64,000 nt of DNA from assembly GCF_009914755.1 (NCBI RefSeq), contig NC_060925.1. One strand, 5' to 3'. Shown here one piece after another: positions 45,114-58,900 of the stretch. Position numbers and translations under genes: made by a program. The stretch comes from the human T2T-CHM13v2.0 reference genome, Homo sapiens. The stretch's first letter is position 1. Every line of letters begins with the position of its first letter. The notes under the pieces were generated by a model, which had not been told where the DNA came from, made no database searches, and was given only the letters and a program-made list of their open reading frames with translations.

Positions 45114-47383
45114 ATGGAATCGTCATCGAATGAATTGAATGCAATCATCGAATGGTCTCGAATGGAATCATCTTCAAATGGAATGGAATGGAATCATCGC
45201 ATAGAATCGAATGGAATTATCATCGAATGGAATCGAATGGTATCAACATCAAACGGAAAAAAACGGAATTATCGAATGGAATCGAAGAGAATCTTCGAAC
45301 GGACCCGAATGGAATCGTCTAATGGAATGGAATGGAATAATCCATGGACTCGAATGCAATCATCATCGAATGGAATCGAATGGAATCATCGAATGGACTT
45401 GAATGGAATAATCATTGAACGGAATCGAATGGAATCATCATCGGATGGAAACGAATGGAATCATCATCGAATGGAATCGAATAGAATTATGGAATGAAAT
45501 CCAGTGTGATCATCATCGAATGGACCCGAATGGAATCATCATCCAACGGAAGCTAATGGAATCAACATCGAATGAATCGAATGGAAACACCATCGAATTG
45601 AAACGAATGGAATTACCATGAAATTGAAATGGATGGACTCATCATCGAATGGATTCGAATGGAATCATCGAATAAAATTGATTGAAATCATCATCCAATG
45701 GAATCGAATGGTATCATTGAATGGAATCGAATGGAATCATCATCAGATGGAAATGAATGGAATCGTCATAGAATGGAATCGAATGGATTCATTGAATGGA
45801 ATCAGATGGAATCATCGAATGGACTGGAATGGAATCATTGAATGGACACGAAAGGGATCATTATTGAATGGAATTGAATGGAATCATCGAATGGTCTCGA
45901 TTGGAATCATTATCAAATGGAATCGAATGGAATCACCGAATAGAATCGAATGGAACAATCATCGAATGGACTCAAATGGAATTATCCTCAAATGGAATCG
46001 AATGGAATTATCGAATGCAATCGAATGGAATTATCGAATGCAATCGAATAGAATCATCGAATGGACTCGAATGGAATCATCGAATGGAATGGAATGGAAC
46101 AGTCAATGAACTCGAATGGAATCATCATTGAATGGAATCGAATGGAATCATCGAGTGGAATCGAATGGAATTATGATCAAATGGAATCAAATGTAATCAT
46201 CATCAAATGGAATCAAAAATAACCATCATCAATTGGTATTGAATGGAATTGTCATCAAATGGAATTCAAAGGAATCATCATCAAATGGAACCGAATGGAA
46301 TCCTCATTGAATGGAAATGAAAGGAGTCATCATCTAATGGAATCACATGGAATCATCATCAAATGGAATCGAATGGAATCATCATCAAATGGAATCTAAG
46401 GGAATCATTGAACAGAATTGAATGGAATCGTCATCGAATGAATTGAATGCAATCATCGAATGGTCTCGAATGGAATCATCTTCAAATGGAAAGGAATGGA
46501 ATCATCGCATAGAATCGAATGGAATTATCATCGAATGGAATCGAATGGTATCAACATCAAACGGAAAAAAACGGAATTATGGAATGGAATCGAATAGAAT
46601 CTTCGAACGGACCCGAATGGAATCATCTAATGGAATGGAATGGAATAATCCATGGACTGGAAGGCAATCATCATCGAATGGAATCGAATGGAATCATCGA
46701 ATGGACTCGAATGGAATAATCATTGAACGGAATCGAATGGAATCATCTTCGGATGGAAACGAATGGAATCATCATCGAATGGAAATGAAAGGAGTCATCA
46801 TCTAATGGAATTGCATGGAATCATCATAAAATGGAATCGAATGGAATCTACATCAAATGGAATCAAATGGAATCATTGAACGGAATTGAATGGAATCGTC
46901 ATCGAATGAATTCAATGCAATCATCGAATGGTCTCGAATGGAATCATCTTCAAATGGAATGGAATGGAATCATCGCATAGAATCGAGTGGAATTATCATC
47001 GAATTGAGTCGAATGGAATCAACATCAAACGGAAAAAAACGGAATTATCGAATGGAATCGAAGAGAATCTTCGAACGGACCCGAATGGAATCACCTAATG
47101 GAATGGAATGGAATAATCTATGGACTCGAATGCAATCATCATCGAATGGAATCATCAAATGGACTCGAATGGAATAATCATTGAACGGAATCGAATGGAA
47201 TAATCATAAGATGGAAATGAATGGAATCATCATCGAATGGAATCGAATAGAATTATGGAATGAAATCCAGTGTGATCATCATCGAATGGACCCAAATGGA
47301 ATCATCATCCAACGGAATCTAATGGAATCAACATCGAATGAATCGAATGGAAACACCATCGAATTGAAACGAATGGAATTATC

Positions 47384-49975
47384 ATGAAATTGAAATGGAT
47401 GGACTCATCATCGAATGGATTCGAATGGAATCATCGAATAAAATTGATTGAAATCATCATCAAATGGAATCGAATGGTATCATTGAATGGAATCGAATGG
47501 AATCATCATCAGATGGAAATGAATGGAATCGTCATAGAATGGAATCGAATGGATTCATTGAATGGAATCAGATGGAATCATCGAATGGACTGGAATGGAA
47601 TCATTGAATGGACTCGAAAGGGATCATTATTGAATGGAATTGAATGGAATCATCGAATGGTCTCGATTGGAATCATTATCAAATGGAAACGAATGGAATC
47701 ACCGAATAGAATCGAATGGAACAATCATCGAATGGACTCAAATGGAATCATTCTCAAATGGAATGGAATGGAATTATCGAATGCAATCGAATAGAATCAT
47801 CGAATGGACTCGAATGGAATCATCGAATGGAATGGAATGGAACAGTCAATGAACTCGAATGGAATCATCATTGAATGGAATCGAATGGAATCATCGAGTG
47901 GAATCGAATGGAATTATGATCAAATGGAATCTAATGTAATAATCATCAAATGGAATCAAAAATAACCATCATCAATTGGTATTGAATGGAATTGTCATCA
48001 AATGGAATTCAAAGGAATCATCATCAAATGGAACCGAATGGAATCCTCATTGAATGGAAATGAAAGGGGTCATCATCTAATGGAATCGCATGGAATCATC
48101 ATCAAATGGAATCGAATGGAATCATCATCAAATGGAATCTAATAGAATCATTGAAAAGAATTGAATGGAATCGTCATCGAATGAATTGAATGCAATCATC
48201 GAATGGTCTCGAATGGAATCATCTTCTAATGGAAAGGAATGGAATCATCGCATAGAATCGAATGGAATTATCATCGAATGGACTCGAATGGTATCAACAC
48301 CAAACGGAAAAAAACGGAATTATCGAATGGAATCGAAGAGAATCTTCGAACGGACCCGAATGGAATCATCTAATGGAATGGAATGGAATAATCCATGGAC
48401 TCGAATGCAATCATCATCGAATGGAATCGAATGGAATCATCCAATGGACTCGAATGGAATAATCATTGAACGGAATCGAATGGAATCATCATCGGATGGA
48501 AATGAATGGAATCATCATCGAATGGAATCGAATAGAATTATGGAATGAAATCCAGTGTGATCATCATCGAATGGACCCGAATGGAATCATAATCCAACGG
48601 AAGCTAATGGAATCAACATCGAATGAATCAAATGGAAACACCATCGAATTGAAACGAATGGAATTATCATGAAATTGAAATGGATGGACTCATCATCGAA
48701 TGGATTTGAATGGAATCATCGAATAAAATTGATTGAAATCATCATCGAATGGAATCGAATGGTATCATTGAATGGAATCGAATGGAATCATCATCAGATG
48801 GAAATGAATGGAATCGTCATAGAATGGAATCGAATGGATTCATTGAATGGAATCAGATGGAATCATCGAATGGACTGGAATGGAATCATTGAATGGACTC
48901 GAAAGGGATCATTATTGAATGGAATTGAATGGAATCATCGAATGGTCTCGATTGGAATCATTATCAAATGGAAACGAATGGAATCACCGAATAGAATCGA
49001 ATGGAACAATCATCGAATGGACTCAAATGGAAGTATCCTCAAATGGAATCGAATGGAATTATCGAATGCAATCGAATGGAATTATCGAATGCAATCGAAT
49101 AGAATCATCGAATGGACTCGAATGAATCATCGAATGGAATGGAATGGAACAGTCAATGAACTCGAATGGAATCATCATTGAATGGAATCGAATGGAATCA
49201 TCGAGTGGAATCGAATGGAATTATGATCAAATGGAATCGAATATAATCATCATCAAATGGAATCAAAAATAACCATCATCAATTGGTATTGAATGGAATT
49301 GTCATCAAATGGAATTCAAAGGAATCATCATCAAATGGAACCGAATGGAATCCTCATTGAATGGAAATGAAAGGGGTCATCATCTAATGGAATCGCATGG
49401 AATCATCATCAAATGGAATCGAATGGAATCATCATCAAATGGAATCTAATGGAATCATTGAACAGAATTGAATGGAATCGTCATCGAATGAATTGAATGC
49501 AATCATCGAATGGTCTCGAATGGAATCATCTTCTAATGGAAAGGAATGGAATCATCGCATAGAATCGAATGGAATTATCATCGAATGGAATCGAATGGTA
49601 TCAACACCAAACGGAAAAAAACGGAATTATCGAATGGAATCGAAGAGAATCTTCGAACGGACCCGAATGGAATCATCTAATGGAATGGAATGGAATAATC
49701 CATGGACTCGAATGCAATCATCATCGAATGGAATGGAATGGAATCATCGAATGGACTCGAATGGAATAATCATTGAACGGAATCGAATGGAATCATCATC
49801 GGATGGAAATGAATGGAATCATCATCGAATGGAATCGAATAGAATTATGGAATGAAATCCAGTGTGATCATCATCGAATGGACCCGAATGGAATCATCAT
49901 CCAACGGAAGCTAATGGAATCAACATCGAATGAATCGAATGGAAACACCATCGAATTGAAACGAATGGAATTATC
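47384..49975 (+). repeat. Two adjacent single-module units (1,285 and 1,307 bp)
   Basis: Landmarks at 47384, 48669 and 49976; 1285 = 1308-23 and 1307 = 1308-1; one module each (48165, 49472). Confidence 0.86.
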
Positions 49976-52900
49976 ATGAAATTGAAATGGATGGACTCAT
50001 CATCGAATGGATTCGAATGGAATCATCGAATAAAATTGATTGAAATCATCATCCAATGGAATCGAATGGTATCATTGAATGGAATCGAATGGAATCATCA
50101 TCAGATGGAAATGAATGGAATCGTCATAGAATGGAATCGAATGGATTCATTGAATGGAATCAGATGGAATCATCGAATGGACTGGAATGGAATCATTGAA
50201 TGGACTCGAAAGGGATCATGATTGAATGGAATTGAATGGAATCATCGAATGGTCTCGATTGGAATCATTATCAAATGGAATCGAATGGAATCACCGAATA
50301 GAATCGAATGGAACAATCATCGAATGGACTCAAATGGAATTATCCTCCAATGGAATCGAATGGAATTATCGAATGCAATCGAATGGAATTATCGAATGCA
50401 ATCGAATAGAATCATCGAATGGACTCGAATGGAATCATTGAATGGAATGGAATGGAACAGTCAATGAACTCGAATGGAATCATCATTGAATGGAATCGAA
50501 TGGAATCATCGAGTGGAATCGAATGGAATTATGATCAAATGGAATCGAATGTAATCATCATCAAATGGAATCAAAAATAACCATCATCAATTGGTATTGA
50601 ATGGAATTGTCATCAAATGGAATTCAAAGGAATCATCATCAAATGGAACCGAATGGAATCCTCATTGAATGGAAATGAAAGGGGTCATCATCTAATGGAA
50701 TCGCATGGAATCATCATCAAATGGAATCGAATGGAATCATCATCAAATGGAATCTAATGGAATCATTGAACAGAATTGAATGGAATCGTCATCGAATGAA
50801 TTGAATGCAATCATCGAATGGTCTCGAATGGAATCATCTTCTAATGGAAAGGAATGGAATCATCGCATAGAATCGAATGGAATTATCATCGAATGGAATC
50901 GAATGGTATCAACACCAAACGGAAAAAAACGGAATTATCGAATGGAATCGAAGAGAATCTTCGAACGGACACGAATGGAATCATCTAATGGAATGGAATG
51001 GAATAATCCATGGACTCGAATGCAATCATCATCGAATGGAATGGAATGGAATCATCGAATGGACTCGAATGGAATAATCATTGAACGGAATCGAATGGAA
51101 TCATCATCGGATGGAAACGAATGGAATCATCATCGAATGGAAATGAAAGGAGTCATCATCTAATGGAATTGCATGGAATCATCATAAAATGGAATCGAAT
51201 GGAATCAACATCAAATGGAATCAAATGGAATCATTGAACGGAATTGAATGGAATCGTCATCGAATGAATTGACTGCAATCATCGAATGGTCTCGAATGGA
51301 ATCATCTTCAAATGGAATGGAATGGAATCATCGCATAGAATCGAATGGAATTATCATCGAATGGAATCGAATGGAATCAACATCAAACGGAAAAAAACGG
51401 AATTATCGAATGGAATCGAAGAGAATCATCGAATGGACCCGAATGGAATCATCTAATGGAATGGAATGGAATAATCCATGGACTCGAATGCAATCATCAT
51501 CGAATGGAATCGAATGGAATCATCGAATGGACTCGAATGGAATAATCATTGAACGGAATCGAATGGAATCATCATCGGATGGAAATGAATGGAATCATCA
51601 TCGAATGGAATCGAATAGAATTATGGAATGAAATCCAGTGTGATCATCATCGAATGGACCCGAATGGAATCATCATCCAACGGAAGCTAATGGAATCAAC
51701 ATCGAATGAATCGAATGGAAACACCATCGAATTGAAACGAATGGAATTATCATGAAATTGAAATGGATGGACTCATCATCGAATGGATTCGAATGGAATC
51801 ATCGAATAAAATTGATTGAAATCATCATCCAATGGAATCGAATGGTATCATTGAATGGAATCGAATGGAATCATCATCAGTTGGAAATGAATGGAATCGT
51901 CTTAGAATGGAATCGAATGGATTCATTGAATGGAATCAGATGGAATCATCGAATGGACTGGAATGGAATCATTGAATGGACTCGAAAGGGATCATGATTG
52001 AATGGAATTGAATGGAATCATCGAATGGTCTCGATTGGAATCATTATCAAATGGAATCGAATGGAATCACCGAATAGAATCGAATGGAACAATCATCGAA
52101 TGGAATCAAATGGAATTATCCTCAAATGGAATCGAATGGAATTATCGAATGCAATCGAATGGAATTATCGAATGCAATCGAATAGAATCATCGAAAGGAC
52201 TCGAATGGAATCATCGAATGGAATGGAATGGAACAGTCAATGAACTCGAATGGAATCATCATTGAATGGAATCGAATGGAATCATCGAGTGGAATCGAAT
52301 GGAATTATGATCAAATGGAATCGAATGTAATCATCATCAAATGGAATCAAAAATAACCATCATCAATTGGTATTGAATGGAATTGTCATCAAATGGAATT
52401 CAAAGGAATCATCATCAAATGGAACCGAATGGAATCCTCATTGAATGGAAATGAAAGGGGTCATCATCTAATGGAATCGCATGGAATCATCATCAAATGG
52501 AATCGAATGGAATCATCATCAAATGGAATCTAATGGAATCATTGAACAGAATTGAATGGAATCGTCATCGAATGAATTGAATGCAATCATCGAATGGTCT
52601 CGAATGGAATCATCTTCTAATGGAAAGGAATGGAATCATCGCATAGAATCGAATGGAATTATCATCGAATGGAATCGAATGGTATCAACACCAAACGGAA
52701 AAAAACGGAATTATCGAATGGAATCGAAGAGAATCTTCGAACGGACCCGAATGGAATCATCTAATGGAATGGAATGGAATAATCCATGGACTCGAATGCA
52801 ATCATCATCGAATGGAATGGAATGGAATCATCGAATGGACTCGAATGGAATAATCATTGAACGGAATCGAATGGAATCATCATCGGATGGAAACGAATGG

Positions 52901-55900
52901 AATCATCATCGAATGGAAATGAAAGGAGTCATCATCTAATGGAATTGCATGGAATCATCATAAAATGGAATCGAATGGAATCAACATCAAATGGAATCAA
53001 ATGGAATCATTGAACGGAATTGAATGGAATCGTCATCGAATGAATTGACTGCAATCATCGAATGGTCTCGAATGGAATCATCTTCAAATGGAATGGAATG
53101 GAATCATCGCATAGAATCGAATGGAATTATCATCGAATGGAATCGAATGGAATCAACATCAAACGGAAAAAAACGGAATTATCGAATGGAATCGAAGAGA
53201 ATCATCGAATGGACCCGAATGGAATCATCTAATGGAATGGAATGGAATAATCCATGGACTCGAATGCAATCATCATCGAATGGAATCGAATGGAATCATC
53301 GAATGGACTCGAATGGAATAATCATTGAACGGAATCGAATGGAATCATCATCGGATGGAAATGAATGGAATCATCATCGAATGGAATCGAATAGAATTAT
53401 GGAATGAAATCCAGTGTGATCATCATCGAATGGACCCGAATGGAATCATCATCCAACGGAAGCTAATGGAATCAACATCGAATGAATCGAATGGAAACAC
53501 CATCGAATTGAAACGAATGGAATTATCATGAAATTGAAATGGATGGACTCATCATCGAATGGATTCGAATGGAATCATCGAATAAAATTGATTGAAATCA
53601 TCATCGAATGGAATCGAATGGTGTCATTGAATGGAATCGAATGGAATCATCATCAGATGGAAATGAATGGAATCGTCATAGAATGGAATCGAATGGATTC
53701 ATTGAATGGAATCAGATGGAATCATCGAATGGACTGGAATGGAATCATTGAATGGACTCGAAAGGGATCATGATTGAATGGAATTGAATGGAATCATCGA
53801 ATGGTCTCGATTGGAATCATTATCAAATGGAATCGAATGGAATCACCGAATAGAATCGAATGGAACAATCATCGAATGGACTCAAATGGAATTATCCTCA
53901 AATGGAATCGAATGGAATTATCGAATGCAATCGAATGGAATTATCGAATGCAATCGAATAGAATCATCAAAAGGACTCGAATGGAATCATCGAATGGAAT
54001 GGAATGGAACAGTCAATGAACTCGAATGGAATCATCATTGAATGGAATCGAATGGAATCATCGAGTGGAATCGAATGGAATTATGATCAAATGGAATCGA
54101 ATGTAATCATCATCAAATGGAATCAAAAATAACCATCATCAATTGGTATTGAATGGAATTGTCATCAAATGGAATTCAAAGGAATCATCATCAAATGGAA
54201 CCGAATGGAATCCTCATTGAATGGAAATGAAAGGGGTCATCATCTAATGGAATCGCATGGAATCATCATCAAATGGAATCGAATGGAATCATCATCAAAT
54301 GGAATCTAATGGAATCATTGAACAGAATTGAATGGAATCGTCATCGAATGAATTGAATGCAATCATCGAATGGTCTCGAATGGAATCATCTTCTAATGGA
54401 AAGGAATGGAATCATCGCATAGAATCGAATGGAATTATCATCGAATGGAATCGAATGGTATCAACACCAAACGGAAAAAAACGGAATTATCGAATGGAAT
54501 CGAAGAGAATCTTCGAACGGACCCGAATGGAATCATCTAATGGAATGGAATGGAATAATCCATGGACTCGAATGCAATCATCATCGAATGGAATGGAATG
54601 GAATCATCGAATGGACTCGAATGGAATAATCATTGAACGGAATCGAATGGAATCATCATCGGATGGAAACGAATGGAATCATCATCGAATGGAAATGAAA
54701 GGAGTCATCATCTAATGGAATTGCATGGAATCATCATCAAATGGAATCGAATGGAATCAACATCAAATGGAATCAAATGGAATCATTGAACGGAATTGAA
54801 TGGAATCGTCATCGAATGAATTGACTGCAATCATCGAATGTTCTCGAATGGAATCATCTTCAAATGGAATGGAATGGAATCATCGCATAGAATCGAATGG
54901 AATTATCATCGAATGGAATCGAATGGAATCAACATCAAACGGAAAAAAACGGAATTATCGTATGGAATCGAAGAGAATCATCGAATGGACCCGAATGGAA
55001 TCATCTAATGGAATGGAATGGAATAGTCCATGGACTCGAATGCAATCATCATCGAATGAAATCGAATGGAATCATCGAATGGACTCGAATGGAATAATCA
55101 TTGAACGGAATCGAATGGAATCATCATCGGATGGAAATGAATGGAATCATCATCGAATGGAATCGAATAGAATTATGGAATGAAATCCAGTGTGATCATC
55201 ATCGAATGGACCCGAATGGAATCATCATCCAACGGAAGCTAATGGAATCAACATCGAATGAATCGAATGGAAACACCATCGAATTGAAACGAATGGAATT
55301 ATCATGAAATTGAAATGGATGGACTCATCATCGAATGGATTCGAATGGAATCATCGAATAAAATTGATTGAAATCATCATCCAATGGAATCGAATGGTGT
55401 CATTGAATGGAATCGAATGGAATCATCATCAGATGGAAATGAATGGAATCGTCATAGAATGGAATCGAATGGATTCATTGAATGGAATCAGATGGAATCA
55501 TCGAATGGACTGGAATGGAATCATTGAATGGACTCGAAAGGGATCATGATTGAATGGAATTGAATGGAATCATCGAATGGTCTCGATTGGAATCATTACC
55601 AAATGGAATCGAATGGAATCACCGAATAGAATCGAATGGAACAATCATCGAATGGACTCAAATGGAATTATCCTCCAATGGAATCGAATGGAATTATCGA
55701 ATGCAATCGAATGGAATTATCGAATGCAATCGAATAGAATCATCGAATGGACTCGAATGGAATCACCGAATGGAATGGAATGGAACAGTCAATGAACTCG
55801 AATGGAATCATCATTGAATGGAATCGAATGGAATCATCGAGTGGAATCGAATGGAATTATGATCAAATGGAATCGAATGTAATCATCATCAAATGGAATC

Positions 55901-58900
55901 AAAAATAACCATCATCAATTGGTATTGAATGGAATTGTCATCAAATGGAATTCAAAGGAATCATCATCAAATGGAACCGAATGGAATCCTCATTGAATGG
56001 AAATGAAAGGGGTCATCATCTAATGGAATCGCATGGAATCATCATCAAATGGAATCGAATGGAATCATCATCAAATGGAATCTAATGGAATCATTGAACA
56101 GAATTGAATGGAATCGTCATCGAATGAATTGAATGCAATCATCGAATGGTCTCGAATGGAATCATCTTCTAATGGAAAGGAATGGAATCATCGCATAGAA
56201 TCGAATGGAATTATCATCGAATGGAATCGAATGGTATCAACACCAAACGGAAAAAAACGGAATTATCGAATGGAATCGAAGAGAATCTTCGAACGGACCC
56301 GAATGGAATCATCTAATGGAATGGAATGGAACAATCCATGGACTCGAATACAATCATCATCGAATGGAATGGAATGGAGTCATCGAATGGACTCGAATGG
56401 AATAATCATTGAACGGAATCGAATGGAATCATCATCGGATGGAAACGAATGGAATCATCATCGAATGGAAATGAAAGGAGTCATCATCTAATGGAATTGC
56501 ATGGAATCATCATAAAATGGAATCGAATGGAATCAACATCAAATGGAATCAAATGGAATCATTGAATGGAATTGAATGGAATCGTCATCGAATGAATTGA
56601 CTGCAATCATCGAATGGTCTCGAATGGAATCATCTTCAAATGAAATGGAATGGAATCATCGCATAGAATCGAATGGAATTATCATCGAATGGAATTGAAT
56701 GGAATCAACATCAAACGGAAAAAAACAGAATTATCGTATGGAATCTAAGAGAATCATCGAATGGACCCGAATGGAATCATCTAATGGAATGGAATGGAAT
56801 AATCCATGGACTCGAATGCAATCATCATCGAATGGAATCGAATGGAATCATCGAATGGACTCGAATGGAATAATCATTGAACGGAATCGAATGGAATCAT
56901 CATCGGATGGAAATGAATGGAATCATCATCGAATGGAATCGAATAGAATTATGGAATGAAATCCAGTGTGATCATCATCGAATGGACCCGAATGGAATCA
57001 TCATCCAACGGAAGCTAATGGAATCAACATCGAATGAATCGAATGGAAACACCATTGAAACGAATTGAAACGAATGGAATTATCATGAAATTGAAATGGA
57101 TGGACACATCATCGAATGGATTCGAATGGAATCATCGAATAAAATTGATTGAAATCATCATCAAATGGAATCGAATGGTATCATTGAATGGAATCGAATG
57201 GAATCATCATCAGATGGAAATGAATGGAATCGTCATAGAATGGAATCGAATGGATTCATTGAATGGAATCAGATGGAATCATCGAATGGACTGGAATGGA
57301 ATCATTGAATGGACTCGAAAGGGATCATGATTGAATGGAATTGAATGGAATCATCGAATGGTCTCGATTGGAATCATTATCAAATGGAATCGAATGGAAT
57401 CACCGAATAGAATCGAATGGAACAATCATCGAATGGACTCAAATGGAATTATCCTCAGATGGAATGGAATGGAATTATCGAATGCAATCGAATGGAATTA
57501 TCGAATGCAATCGTATAGAATCATCGAATGGACTCGAATGGAATCATCGAATGGAATGGAATGGAACAGTCAATGAACTCGAATGGAATCATCATTGAAT
57601 GGAATCGAATGGAATCATCGAGTGGAATCGAATGGAATTATGATCAAATGGAATCGAATGTAATCATCATCAAATGGAATCAAAAATAACCATCATCAAT
57701 TGGTATTGAATGGAATTGTCATCAAATGGAATTCAAAGGAATCATCATCAAATGGAACCGAATGGAATCCTCATTGAATGGAAATGAAAGGGGTCATCAT
57801 CTAATGGAATCGCATGGAATCATCATCAAATGGAATCGAATGGAATCATCATCAAATGGAATCTAATGGAATCATTGAACAGAATTGAATGGAATCGTCA
57901 TCGAATGAATTGAATGCAATCATCGAATGGTCTCGAATGTAATCATCTTCTAATGGAAAGGAATGGAATCATCGCATAGAATCGAATGGAATTATCATCG
58001 AATGGAATCGAATGGTATCAACACCAAACGGAAAAAAACGGAATTATCGAATGGAATCGAAGAGAATCTTCGAACGGACCCGAATGGAATCATCTAATGG
58101 AATGGAATGGAATAATCCATGGACTCGAATGCAATCATCATTGAATGGAATCGAATGGAATCATCGAATGGACTCGAATGGAATAATCATTGAACGGAAT
58201 CGAATGGAATCATCATCGGATGGAAATGAATGGAATCATCATCGAATGGAAATGAAAGGAGTCATCATCTAATGGAATTGCATGGAATCATCATAAAATG
58301 GAATCGAATGGAATCAACATCAAATGGAATCAAATGGAATCATTGAACGGAATTGAATGGAATCGTCATCGAATGAATTGACTGCAATCATCGAATGGTC
58401 TCGAATGGAATCATCTTCAAATGGAATGGAATGGAATCATCGCATAGAATCGAATGGAATTATCATCGAATGGAATCGAATGGAATCAACATCAAACGGA
58501 AAAAAACGGAATTATCGAATGGAATCGAAGAGAATCATCGAATGGACCCGAATGGAATCATCTAATGGAATGGAATGGAATAATCCATGGACTCGAATGC
58601 AATCATCATCGAATGGAATCGAATGGAATCATCGAATGGACTCGAATGGAATAATCATTGAACGGAATCGAATGGAATCATCATCGGATGGAAATGAATG
58701 GAATCATCATCGAATGGAATCGAATAGAATTATGGAATGAAATCCAGTGTGATCATCATCGAATGGACCCGAATGGAATCATCATCCAACGGAAGCTAAT
58801 GGAATCAACATCGAATGAATCGAATGGAAACACCATCGAATTGAAACGAATGGAATTATCATGAAATTGAAATGGATGGACTCATCATCGAATGGATTCG

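Larger units (their letters stand above)
35140..45470 (+). repeat. Older duplication with a 5,475-bp offset (about 35140-39995 vs about 40615-45470)
   Basis: Landmarks at +5475 (35940/41415, 36912/42387, 38220/43695, 39147/44622, 39639/45114) share TCATTATCAGATG, GAATCCAATGG, TGGTATCGAATGGTATC, TATCACATGG, GAATATAAT, GGAACTGAA and ATCTGATGG. Confidence 0.78.

Noticed and set aside
48669-49181. Longest ORF (170 aa)
   Set aside because: It results from a 1-bp deletion near 49123 joining two satellite frames and has the same low-complexity content as the others.
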